A stretch of DNA of 64,000 bases from Callorhinchus milii (taxonomy: Eukaryota): assembly GCF_018977255.1 (NCBI RefSeq), contig NW_024704743.1, forward strand, positions 45,262,001 to 45,326,000, written 5' to 3'. Position 1 is the stretch's first letter, and each line of letters opens with the position of its first letter. The notes under the pieces are model-generated. The model ran no database searches and was not told where the DNA came from. It saw only the letters and a program-made list of their open reading frames with translations. Position numbers and translations under genes: made by a program. Below, piece by piece: positions 12,950 through 24,614 of this stretch.

Positions 12950-13134
12950 TCCAGTCCTCCGAGCGAGAGGAAGCGGCGCGGCTCTCGGCGCCGGCCCGCT
13001 CGCCCTGCCTGCCCTGCCTGCCGGCCCGGCCGCTCTTTGGTGTCTCGGAGCCACCGCCCCTTTGTGAAGTCACGGGCCGCGCCCTCCGGTGACAGTTGTC
13101 CGGGTTGCGCGTGCGCACAGGTGAGGTGAGTCAG
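12950..13134 (+). other. OXSM: Putative OXSM non-coding exon 1 (start approximate)
   Basis: GC-rich segment ending in three tandem donors (GT at 13121, 13126, 13135), followed by a G17 run. The OXSM ATG lies in a downstream exon that has its own acceptor, so an upstream UTR exon is required. Confidence 0.55.
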
Positions 13135-13417
13135 GTGAGCCCTGTCCCAGCCCGGGGGGGGGGGGGGGGGAGACGTCATCATCAGCCACTCCACAGGGCT
13201 CTCACCTGCTGTGCGGTTCCAAACTTTCCCTTTTTTTATTCAATTTTTTTTCCCTTTTTATTGCAGATTTTTTCCCCTTTTGAAGAAAAAAATCTCCTTG
13301 TGCACTTTTCTCAAACCCACCGCCGCCGTCGCGCTCACAACACCATAGAGATCTACAGCAAAGGAGAAGGAGAAGGCCGCCTGGACCACTGTTTACCTGT
13401 CTGTTCCCGAGCCCTGT

Positions 13418-13740
13418 AATATAATAATAATAATAATCCTTGCATTTGATATAGCGCTTTTCACGTCGGGAGGACGTCCCAAAGCGCTTCACAGAACACA
13501 CTGTAAAGTGAATTGACTGTATATTTGTGGGCGAACGCGGCAGCCAATTGCGCACAGCAATGTCCCACAAACAGTCATAGATTGAAAAGGACCAATTTAT
13601 TATTTTTGTTTTTTGGAGGGATTATTATTAGGGCTCTGTGTGGAGTAAGGAACTTGCCCAAGGTTTCGCCCTCTGCCTGGAATTGAACTCAGGTCTCTCA
13701 CTTGCAAAGCGAGTGCTCTAACCACTGAGCTACAGGACTC
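13418..13740 (-). mobile_element. tRNA-Ala-derived CORE+Deu SINE, full length (CTCCC-loop subfamily)
   Basis: Near-identical reverse complement of the copies at 23936 and 42292. Confidence 0.93.
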
Positions 13741-13769
13741 TACAACTTCCATTTACTTCCTTTTTTGGG

Positions 13770-14062
13770 GTATGTATCTAAATTGTCTGCTTTTGAAAGC
13801 GAATATGGATTCTGCCTCAATCACCGCTCCCAGCAGAGCATTCCGTATTCTAGCCACTCAGCATGAAATAAGTTTTCCTCACCTCCTCATTTGCTACTAT
13901 TGTAAATTCATGCCCTTTAGTCACTGACACAATGACAACTGGAAATAATTTCTCCCTGTCGACTATCGAAACAACTCATAATGTTAAAGACCTCAATCGG
14001 GTCATCCTCTCAATCTTCTTTGTTCCAGTGGAATGAAGTCCCAGTTCCTCCAGTCTCTACTC
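13770..14062 (-). mobile_element. Old CR1 LINE 3' fragment
   Basis: Minus strand reads ...FIPLEQRRLRG(D)LIEVF..., the CR1 ORF2 C-terminal motif. Confidence 0.65.
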
Positions 14063-14084
14063 ATTGGATAGACTATTGTATCAA

Positions 14085-14378
14085 ATAATAATAATCCTTG
14101 CATTTGATACAGCGCCTCACAGAATATACTGTAAAGTGAATTGACTATATTTGTGGGCAAAGCGAGGCAGTCAATTGCACACAGCAGTGTCCCACAAACA
14201 GTTGTGGATTGAGTGAACAATTTATTATTTTTTTAAGGGATTATTATCCCCGGGTATTACCCTACTTGCTGCTAAGTAAACAGGCGTGTGGAGTAAGGAA
14301 ACATGCCCAAATCGAATTGCCGGGAATCAAACTCAGGTCTCTCGCTTGTGAGGCGAGTGCTCCAACCACTGAGCTACA
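14085..14378 (-). mobile_element. CORE+Deu SINE, longer variant
   Basis: Head, CORE segment including GTTTACTTAGCAGCAAGTAGG, Deu segment and tail. Confidence 0.85.
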
Positions 14379-14479
14379 ATACAATTGTTGTGTTTCACTA
14401 ACAATTGAATAAAGGAATGAATGATTAGGGTGACAAAGCCCCTCTTTATCCTCTAAAATAAGTTTCTTCCAATTCCAAA

Positions 14480-14850
14480 ATTGTTGAGTCTGACTGTAAC
14501 CTGAACCCACATCCTCAGGCCTCATCAGAATTTGACCTCTTCGTCTCAGCTGACACTCCGGTGGAAAGCCTGGGAAGTGCAGCATTGTCAGAATGGTCAT
14601 CCTTCGGATTAGACACTGAGGTCCCACCTGCCTGTTCAGATTATACTATTTGAAAAGAGAAGAGCTTTTCACCAGAATCCTGGCCAAGTATCTCCAGATA
14701 AATGTGTCTATGATTTTATTGCTGTTTGAGGGATCTGTGTGTGTAAATATGTTGCTATGTTTGCCTGCAAATAAACAATCACTACACGCAACAGAAATTA
14801 CTTGTAAAGCACATTGAGACATTTCAACAAGACAGACTATAAATGCAAGT
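14480..14850 (+). mobile_element. Old Deu-domain SINE
   Basis: GCTGACACTCC...GCAGCATTGTCAGA...CCTTCGGATTAGAC...GAGGTCCCACCTGCCTGTTCAG plus tail. Confidence 0.7.
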
Positions 14851-16373
14851 GCAAATATTATTACTTGTATTTATTCAAACATAAGTATTATTATTTGTTG
14901 TGGATCAGGAAATGGTGATAATGAGTTTCACTGACATCAACAGGATGATGTGGGCCTTAACTCCATAGACTTATTTGGTTCATGTGATTTCAGTTTTATT
15001 TAATAAGGGTACTCTGTTATTGGGAACACTTATATAATGAGTCTTAGGTTACAGAAAATGCAGTTAAATTAAGGCCATATTCTCATATATTAGTAATATT
15101 TTTCTTAGTACATTTTCTAATATGGCTATACGACCAGACTTTGCTACTTACATGCTGTAAATGCACTTTTTGGACTTTGACCAGAACAGCATGAGTTTCT
15201 CTGTGATGCTTCCAGAATTGAGTTCCTGCCGGATAATCATTGTCTAGGCTCATACACAAGGAGTGTTCAATTCAGGTCTGTAGTACTTGTGCCATCATAG
15301 TCTGCAACTTATTCAGCATCTTTTTTGGGGGGTTGGGGTGGGGTTGGCAAACATAATTCCGGAGGAAGATTGGCTGATAGGACATTTCTTTCATGCCCTT
15401 CTGTGGTATTCTCACTTTTGGTGAGCAATCTGCATTGGCTATAATGCTTTGTGCTAATGAACATGTGGATCTGATTACAAACAAACCATTTCTTCTACAG
15501 ATGCACATTGTGACACAGTTCTTAAAATAGCACTGAACTTGGTGGCTGGTTGGCACAGTGTGTGGTATTGAAGTGCATAATGCCATAGAATAATTCAACG
15601 CAGGTTTGCATCTGCAATTCTCCACACAGTGTTAACTTAATTTTGGCATTGTTGTTGAGTTACTGAGCAGAAGTCAGAGATCTCATTATGAGTGAAAACA
15701 AAATCATAAGTTGTCACCTGGAGCCTTTCATGAACACCCAAAGAGCTGACTCTAAAATTATATAGAGCAGGGCAGAGAGCCCTTCGACCACTACACCCCA
15801 CTCTTTGCAATTCACTCCCAAACTCATTTGGCTTTGCTCTTTTTCTCTCTATATTCAGAACTTTCCTAAAGATCTGTCTCTTTGACCACAACTTTAAATT
15901 CTCTTCCTTCTCCCCCCACTCAAAGCTCTCTATTGGCTCTTCGAAACTTTCATCGTATGCGAAAGTGCAACTTGTTGGCTGTTATTTTAGTAAAGGGATG
16001 GGAGCACATCTGCTAACCTCCAGCAGATGTATTGAGGAATGGTGTGGTACATGACCCAACATACCACATCATGAAGACATAAGCAAAACTAAAGAAAAAA
16101 CTAAATATAAACAATTTGGAACTGATAGTTTTGCTGAACCCTGATTTATTTCAAGTAAGCATATGTTAAGGAACGCCATATTTCTATGTTTCATCCTTAA
16201 GCTTGAGTTCATAAGTAGAGAATGGGTGTATTGTGTGCGAAGGCAGCATTGTTTTTGACCCTGAGAGTAATCAATCTCTGCTTTGCTTTTGCAGCGGTAG
16301 TTTTGGATTTCCATGAACATTTCTGGCCTTTGATCTTCAAACAAGTGTGTTTCACTCGTGAAGATCTTGTAAT

Positions 16374-17350
16374 ATGTTACCTCAAAGAAAACCACTGCCA
16401 CTGAAACTTTTACACTCTCTTCTCTTCAACCCCAAACATGCAAGTGCAAATTGGAACACAAGACATCTCAGCAACACAGCCCCTCCACAAAGACGAGTTG
16501 TCATCACTGGGCTCGGTTTGATATCTCCCCTCGGAGTCGGCACTCAGCTTACATGGAATCGAATCCTGAAAGGGGACGTGGGCATTGAGGCTCTGGAGGG
16601 AGCGGAATATGAAGAGATGCCATGCAGGGTAGCTGCCTTGGTGCCTCGCGGTGTTGGGGAAGGAGAATTCAATGAATATTCATTTGTCTCAAAATCTGAA
16701 GCAAAGTCCATGTCAGACTCCACAATAATGGGAATAGCAGCGGCAGAACTTGCCCTCAGAGATGCTGGCTGGTGGCCGCAATCTGAGAGGGAGCAGTGTG
16801 TCACTGGCGTAGCTATTGGCATGGGTATGGTTCCCCTCGAGGTGGTTGGTGATGCTGCTGTGCTCCTCAAAACAAAGGGATATAAAAAAGTGAGCCCATT
16901 TTTTGTTCCCAAGATACTTATTAATATGGCAGCTGGACACATCAGTATCAAGTATAAACTCAAAGGGCCAAACCATGCTGTTTCGACAGCCTGCACGACA
17001 GGGGCACACGCTGTCGGTGATGCTTCAAGATTTATCCTTCACGGAGATGCTGAGGTAATGCTGGCTGGAGGAACGGAGGCTTCTGTCAGCCCGTTGTCCC
17101 TGGCCGGTTTTGCCAGAGCACGCTCGCTCTCAACCAGCTTCAACGCTAATCCCAAATTGGCTTCACGGCCCTTCCACTCTGAGAGAGAAGGTTTTGTGAT
17201 GGGAGAGGGGGCATCAGTGCTGGTCCTAGAAGAATACAAGCATGCTCTGGAGAGAGGCGCACAAATCTATGCAGAAATACTGGGTTATGGGCTCTCTGGG
17301 GATGCCGGACATATCACAGCTCCCAGCCCCAATGGGGACGGAGCATTCAG
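16374..17350 (+). CDS. OXSM: OXSM (mitochondrial 3-oxoacyl-ACP synthase, FabF-like) first coding exon
   Basis: [31 protein letters not shown], catalytic Cys in [20 protein letters not shown]. The basic, acid-free N-terminus resembles a mitochondrial presequence. Acceptor TTGCTTTTGCAG| ends at 16294; donor CAG|GTAATT at 17351. 977 coding nt. Confidence 0.97.
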
Positions 17351-17691
17351 GTAATTGTTACTCTTCTCTTTCAGGCTAAAGTTTGTTTATACAGGCTTTC
17401 GATGACAGGCCACTGGTGGAGTTTGGGGAAATTGATCCTAAAGAATTTCTTCAGTAGAGTGAGGAGCCTCTGGATATGATCCTTGAGGGAATTCTCATCT
17501 ACGGTTTCTAGACTCCAATTGCAATGTTTACTGTATTCTGCAAAGCAGAAGGTCATTTGGCATGTAGTCCCTCTGCCGGCCTTCTGAAAGACTTATTGAT
17601 TTGTCCCATTTTCTTTTCCTTTTCTCAATAACTTTTTATATTTTCCCCTTCTCAAATATTTGTCTAATTCCCTTTAAGGAGAACGAGTTTT

Positions 17692-17771
17692 CACGGTGTT
17701 GGGATATGAACCCATGGCCCCCAAATGAGTAGGGTTAAATCCAGTGGTCTTAGACTATTCAACTACACTAC
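17692..17771 (-). pseudogene. Degenerate tRNA-Leu-like sequence (pseudogene or SINE head) in OXSM intron
   Basis: Minus strand GTAGTGTAGTTGAATAGTCTAAGACCACTGGATTTAACCCTACTCATTTGGGGGCCATGGGTTCATATCCCAACACCG aligns by eye with eukaryotic tRNA-Leu (GTAGCGTGGCCGAGCGGTCTAAGGCGCTGGATT...GGGTTCGAATCCCAC), with CpG decay. Confidence 0.5.
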
Positions 17772-20700
17772 TCCAGTAGGCTTTCTTATTGTAAAATATA
17801 ACCATGATTGAAAAGATCACTCTTAAAAGAGCCAGCACAGACACGATTGGCCATGGCCTTCTCCTGTGTTGTAAATTTCTAGTTAGGATTTCTCCCCAAT
17901 AGTGTTTTAGAAAAAACACTCAGCGCCTGCCTATTGAGTCACCTCGTGTCTAAAACTTGTTCCCAATAGTTGATGATGTTTCCCAATGATTGGGGATCTG
18001 AATTATTTACTTCCAAGCACTTAAGGTAACTTCACATGTTGAAATTTGTGCATCTGTGCAGTGAGTTTATCCTGAAGTAAAACTGACCATCTGGAGCTCG
18101 TAATAATTTCTAAGCCCTACAGTATGTTTTACATCACAACATAATGTACAAAAACACATGTGCACCACTAGATGTAGACAATACACCTAAACCGAGATCA
18201 CTACCAACCCCAAATTCATCAGCGAGACTTGGTTTGTAATTGAAACAATGGCAATCAAACTATCGTTCAGCATCTTTTAGATATTAAACAGAAATTGGAA
18301 ACTCAGCCACAAACAAAGAGAACCACTGTGCCATACTGAACGCAGCAGATCTGTAACAGATGGATTTCTGGGGACATCCAGGGTATTGGTCGTCAAACAG
18401 CAGGGGCCCTGACCTACAGGCAATTAACTCTTAAGTTTCATTCAAATAAAAATGTTGCTGGAGTCAGGGGAAGAGAAACAATGATCTATTTTCAACAATG
18501 CTGTCATGGAATCACTGGAACAGTCCAGATATGATAAATACAATAACAGCAGATCACATTTAAGTAGCACATTTAGTGACATTTTATTTTATGTCCACTC
18601 AACATGGACTTTTGAAGCAACTACAATAATTCTATAGTTTTTGCACTAAGTCCAGAAACGTGCTTAGTTTTCATTGAAGAATGATTGGTATTTCTACATA
18701 GCTCCTGCTGCTCAACAGATGTGTGTTTTATGGTTTCACTGCGTAATGTCCATTACGTAGTTGAGATATTAATGTCATAAGAAAGAAAAAGGTTGGAAAA
18801 AGTTAAAATTGGCAGTTTTAAACTGAACCTCTCATTCCTCTGAGGAATGATTTTTCACAACTATAATATTGCATCAATTTGTGCAACATTTTCTTGAATC
18901 TGATTGCAACTTTATGTACAATGTGTCTGAAATCCATTGATTTGTCGCCTGTCTATGCACAAAGCGTTTTCCAGTGGGAGAGTGAGCAATCTCCTCTTCA
19001 GTCTCTGTCAATGTTACTGCAGGCAGCCACAATACAATACAAAATTGCATTTGTACAGCGCCTTTCAGGTCGGGAGGATGTCCCAAGAGGAGATGCCTGA
19101 CTTCAACAGCTCATAGGCACAAGGTGACTCAATAGGTTGGGCCTGAGCACTTTTACAATTGATGCGTTCCACAGCAAAGCTGAGATTGGGAACTCAGTGG
19201 AGTGAGGGTGGAATCAAATGGGAGGGATGGAAACCAAACCAGAATCCTAGCTATGCTCCATGATATCCAGTGAATAATGATCAGTATTTCTATGTAGATT
19301 TTTATTGACTATTACTCAATATTTCTGATTTTTTAAAAAAAAAGTTTTACTTTGTTACAGTTATCACTCCTTGGCACCATACAGTGATGAGCCATGTCAA
19401 ACTTCCATATCAAGCTCCCACTGTGTGTTAGCATGACGCCACTGAGTGTTAATGTACCAACAACAATTTACATTTTTGCAAGCAATTTTTAGCAGCGCTG
19501 CCTGCCTGTGCCTTGTGCAGGAAGTGATGTCTGTGGCAAACTTCCAACCTTTTAACAATTGATGCATAACAATAGGAATTTATTTTTACTTGGAGAAAAT
19601 TAGAAAACCCAAGAATTGCAGATATTTAGCAATTAAAATCTGAAAGCGTCAACTTTAAGTATATTGTTGAAAATAAGTCTCAGCATGTCATCTTCCAGAA
19701 CCTCAAAGTGGTGGAACCATAGAAAGTTACATCACAGAAGGACCATTTGGCCCATCGTGTCCGTGCTGGCTCTTTTAAGAGCAGTCCTTTCAGTCCCATT
19801 TACTTATATGCATGTGTCTCACATAACAGTTTACCTCCTGTAGTCACCCCTTCCTCCTAATATCCTTAGGGTTTTAAAACCCAAGCTTAGCATCACCTAA
19901 CCACTAATTCTTAATTTATCACATTTCTACCCTTGTTCCACCAATTACTCAGACTTATTGATGTCTGCACTATGACCCTTGATATCAGATTTTTTTTAAA
20001 AAACAACTGTTTTACTTTGTTATAGTTCAGTATATTTAATTACACAGTCGTTTGCGACATTGATGGCTATTCACTATGTATTAATATCTTTGGGTGAAAA
20101 AACATTTTGTCACATGTTGAAGCTGCTACAGCTATACACACTACAGTACTATAGGGACATGTTTATCTTGAATTTGTTATTTTAATGCAACTGCACCAAA
20201 GCATATTCTCCTAATGGAGTTTAACCAGTTACTGCTGTGAGTTGCTGCAGGCAAAATAAAATCATTTCATTCAGAATTGAGTTAACAACTGCCAGCGCTG
20301 TCTCCCAGGGCATGCTGTAAGGCTGCTGACACGGCAGGAGTACGGAACAGTAGATCAGTACAGGGCTGGGGAACTGTGCTCAGGAAAACCCTTTCACAGC
20401 AAATCACATCAACGCACACTATATCATAAACACCGACTGACCTGCCTGCAACGCACTAAGATCATTCTCTTCCAAACAAGAGTTTTGTTTTGTAAATATT
20501 GATGGGTAGCACTTTTAAACAAGTGACCGAGTTACAGCGAGTGAAGCCTGTCTGTGCGTGAAGCTGCCTTTTGAACTCACGAGCTGGTCTACTGATACAG
20601 GTTCAGATCTGATTAATGTAATCTGTGGATAGACAGGTGGGTTACAAAACAGCCGCTGCTTCATCAAATTTTTAGCACAACGCATGTCAGACCACACTTT

Positions 20701-20886
20701 GTGACCTCCAGTTTTGAATTTTACTAGATTTGGTTCTGAAATGATGAGTAACACATTATTGGATATGTTTCTGCGTACCATAGTTAATTAATGATTTTGC
20801 TTGTTTCATTCCAAAGGGCTTGGAGCTTTAGGTGAATATCAGTTTGCCTTTATCTTCCTAATATATAATTTTTTTTTAAAAAACAG

Positions 20887-21289
20887 GTCCATGTCTGCTG
20901 CGATTAAAGATGCTGGGCTAAAGCCCGAGGATGTGACCTACATCAATGCACATGCCACGTCCACACCACTAGGGGATGCAGCGGAGAACCAAGCTATCAA
21001 GAGATTATTTGAAGGACATTTGCACTCCCTTGCTGTATCTTCCACAAAAGGAGCGACTGGCCACCTGCTGGGGGCAGCTGGAGCCATGGAGGCTGCCTTC
21101 ACCGCTTTGGCCTGCTTTCATGGGCTGTTGCCTCCCACTGTGAACCTCAACAGCACAGACCCGAACTTTGACTTGAATTATGTCCCCATTACAGCCCAGG
21201 AGTGGAAAACTTCAAGAAGACGTATTGCACTAACCAATTCATTTGGATTCGGAGGAACAAACGCAACACTCTGTTTGGGAAGTGTATAA
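20887..21289 (+). CDS. OXSM: OXSM last coding exon
   Basis: Acceptor AAACAG|G (AG+G = Arg). Contains [13 protein letters not shown] and [13 protein letters not shown] (the two catalytic His) and [14 protein letters not shown] at 21287-21289. 977+403 = 1380 nt = 459 aa plus stop. Confidence 0.97.
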
Positions 21290-21768
21290 ATTGTAGCATT
21301 ATTAAAATAATGCCAAGTTCAGACTTGCATCACCAGGCCATCCGTTTAGACAGGTGGAATGACATGACACCTGGAACAGCATGAATTACCAAACAGGTTC
21401 CAGTAGCAAAAGTGTCCCAGTATAGCAGGTGCCTGACTGGCACAAGCACAGAGTATGTTTGTGCTACTGATCAGGACTGAATGAGGCCAAACCTGCTTAA
21501 TATCATTAATTTGCTTATCTTTGAAAACTAGAGGCCTAATGAAGACAATTTTGTGTTAAAATTTAAGATTAACAATGATTGTGAAAAATCCTTAATTTCA
21601 ATTCATAAAAAAAGGCTTCCAAATTAAAACTGAGTTTTAGAATTGTTTCACAATTCTGCACAATCTTAAATTTTAGGACAAAATCATCCTGCGGGTTCAC
21701 AATAGTTAGAATTTCAGCCTGAATCAGGGAGCTAAGATGGCAAAAGATGATTTTCATGCTTTCTGGTC

Positions 21769-21836
21769 AATAAAAGAGCAAAGACTTGAGGGGCAAATAA
21801 TGTTTACTTGTATGTATTTTGTGTGTCTGTTTGTGG
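21769..21836 (+). terminator. Likely OXSM polyadenylation signal
   Basis: AATAAA at 21769-21774 followed by a GT/T-rich downstream element (TGTATGTATTTTGTGTGTCTGTTTGTG, within ~21801-21836). Confidence 0.6.
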
Positions 21837-22229
21837 AGGGGCTGAAGAAGATCTCTAGCTGGGTGAATCCTGCTTATGTCTGTGGTCATTGAAGACGGTA
21901 AGAATTGCAAAGTGCTTTAGTGGAAATAATATCAAAACAGAACATTGAGAATAATAATAATCCTTGCATTTGATCTAGCGCCTTATCACGTCTTTGAGAC
22001 GTCTCAAAGCGCCACAGAGAATATACTGTAAAGTGAATTGACTATATAGTTTTGGGGCAAAATTCCAGAAGAGATAGAACAAGTGCCAGACATTCCTCCT
22101 GTCCTTAATTTTAGAAAAAATATAGATAGTGCCAACAAATAAAACGCCTTATGTTGAAATGTTGAAGAACTTTACTATGGACAGTAATGGCAGCCAATTT
22201 ATGCACAGTATAGTTGTTGCAATAGGATG

Positions 22230-22630
22230 TCAGCCTGGCTTAGTTGGTAGCACTCTCACTTCTTCATTAGAAGGTTATTGATTCAAACCCCACAGGGAGA
22301 CTTTGAACAGGTTGACTCCAAAACATGCTGGGGGAGCGCTGCATTGTAAAATGTCAGATAGATATTACCTGTTCAGATAGATATTAAAGATCCCTCGGCG
22401 CTGTTTATAAAGAAAAGGGAGTGTTTCCTAGTTGTCCTGGCAACCAGGTAATATTCCCCCAGACAAAAATGGTCATTCACTCCTGGCTGTTTTGCTGGCA
22501 TCACTGTGCACAAATTAGCTGTTCACCAGAAATAAAACATATAGTCATTATACCACAGTAAATCTTGTGAAGCGCTTTGAGATGCCCTCCAGATGGGAAT
22601 GGTACTAGGTCAAATCAAGAATTATTATGA
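22230..22630 (+). mobile_element. Old Deu-domain SINE with tRNA-like head
   Basis: GGCTTAGTTGGTAGCACTCTCAC...AGAAGGTTATTGATTCAAACCCCAC head, AAAGATCCC body, tail. Confidence 0.75.
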
Positions 22631-22699
22631 CAAACATCCATGAGTTTTTTTTGTATGGAGGATAGCTGGCCAAGAAACTAGAAGAAACTTGTCTTTTTA

Positions 22700-22910
22700 A
22701 ACAGACTCATAGAATCTTTAATATTCACCTGAAGAATAAGCAGACAGAACCTCGGTTTAACATCTCATCCAAAGGATGGCACCTCTGGCTATCGGCTCTA
22801 ATCCCATTAATAACCATGTGAGAATGACAATGTGTATACGTACTAATACTGTCCTGACACCCGAACCCACAACTCGGAAGAAGAGTGCTACCAATTGAGC
22901 TAATCTGACA
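22700..22910 (-). mobile_element. Old Deu-domain SINE, 5' half
   Basis: CAGACAGAACCTCGGTTTAACATCTCATCCAAAGGATGGCACCTC and GAGTGCTACCAATTGAGC. Confidence 0.72.
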
Positions 22911-23935
22911 TCTCGACACAAACAAGAGACTTACATTTATCAGAAAGCTTATTTGATCTGAGTGCAAAGCAAACACATTAGGTAGCTAGTCTTCCCTGAA
23001 CAAGGGAATTTGGGGTTATTGCGCAGCTTTTCAGGATCTCCTCTGTTCTAAATGTGTAACAGGATTCTCAAGCTTGCAGAATGGGATTCTAGCTTGAATA
23101 AATGATTTTGCCAGGCAGACACTCTCGCTCCCTCAGTGTTCTCGCAGTTCAATCTTAAACTGAAAAAGATCCCAAATGTCGCATTGTTCATTTATTGTTT
23201 CTGCCATGAGTGTTCAGTAACTCACACTTACCTTTATACACTTCTGACTGATAACAGGAAGATTTCAGCAAGAATTCCTAATGCTTTGGAACAAACAAAC
23301 TATTTTTATTGGCATCATAAAACATTCCATTTGGCTAACGTGTCTTCAGTTGATTCTGGTTACTTTTGATTGTTATCCTGACATTTTTCTGAATGCAGAT
23401 CGATTCACCAGAGAGTACTGAAAATTCTGTACATTTCTTAGAGCTATTACTAATTTAAATGTTTTCCTAACTCGCAGAGAGAATCTAATTCCGCACAAGT
23501 ACATTGCCACTCTCCCATGGCTTATAATCGGTTTAGGCTACTGGTTTGTCAGCTCCTCCATCACAGTCCCCAAACACCAGTACGATGATGCTGCTTCCAA
23601 GAGGTGACTGCCACAGCATAGAAATCTCAGCTTGGTTTGGATTCTCTTAAGCATGGTGATGGGTTTCTGCATGTGTCAGACACTCAGCTGAACAAAAATA
23701 AGGGCCATAGAATCTTTCAGGTGTTAGGCTGCCAGGTGAGCAAAGCTATTGTGTTTGCTCCATGCAGACCTGTTATGTGGAAGAAAGGAAATGAAGGCAC
23801 ACATACAGAAATATTTGCAACCACAGCAGGTCAATCAGCAGTTGAAAAAGACACATTAAGATTCTGTGTAGGTCAAATATAAAGTAACTGAACATTATGT
23901 TAGAGACTGCTCACAATGCTGAGTAGAGGAGTTGT

Positions 23936-24263
23936 GGAGTCCTGTAGCTCAGTAGTTAGAGCACTCGCTTTGGAAGCGAGAGACCTGAGTTCAATTCCAG
24001 GCAGAGGGCGATACCTTGGGCAAGTTTCCTTACTCCACACAGAGCCTAATAATAATCCCTCCAAAACCAAAAACAATAATAAATTGGTCATTTTCAATCC
24101 ACGACTGTTTGTGGGACATTGCTGTCGCAATTGGCTGCTGCATTCGCCCACAAATATACAGTCAATTCACTTTACAGTGTGTTCTGTGAAGCGCTTTGGG
24201 ACGTCCTCCCGACGTGAAACGCGCTATATCAAATGCAAGGATTATTATTATTATTATTATTAT
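23936..24263 (+). mobile_element. tRNA-Ala-derived CORE+Deu SINE, full length (CTCCC-loop subfamily)
   Basis: Head through (ATT)n tail, nearly identical to 42292-42623. Confidence 0.93.
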
Positions 24264-24614
24264 TAGAGCACAAATATAATGTAACGCTATTAAGTTGGGA
24301 CTCCCATGACAGCTCGAAATTTGGATCCCACGCGAATAAGCCAATCTGAAGTATATTACCATTCAGGACTTTAATCCCTCAGGCAGATATTTCATCACTG
24401 TCATTTGTTCAGTTTGTACCCACAGGAGGATTTAATTAGCTTTGTTCTATTACCAGGGAAAGCTATTAAATAAAATCAGAAATCCTCACACAACAAATGT
24501 TCCTTCCTTGCCCACTAGCTTGTTATTTTTCTCCACTTCACGTAAGTGTTTTTTAGATTTTCATTTCCATGACAAATTTGCACTTTTGTACTTAGAGCTA
24601 TAGAACAGCTGAGA

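Larger units (their letters stand above)
12580..13400. promoter_or_regulatory. CpG island / bidirectional NGLY1-OXSM promoter
   Basis: The only strongly GC- and CpG-rich non-repeat stretch, lying between two divergent genes. Contains a GC box (GGCGGG ~12909), palindromic ETS site CTTCCGGAAG(TG) at 12934-12945 and NRF1-like TGCGCGTGCGCA at 13106-13117. Confidence 0.9.

Noticed and set aside
13127..13135. Antioxidant response element implying NFE2L1 feedback on NGLY1
   Set aside because: TGAGTCA is present but lacks the GC dinucleotide of an ARE on either strand, and it is explained by overlapping splice donors.
12631..13419. Overlapping ORFs of 70-187 aa in the CpG island
   Set aside because: Stop codons are depleted in GC-rich DNA and the translations are low-complexity. 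Only the NGLY1 exon 1 frame has homology.
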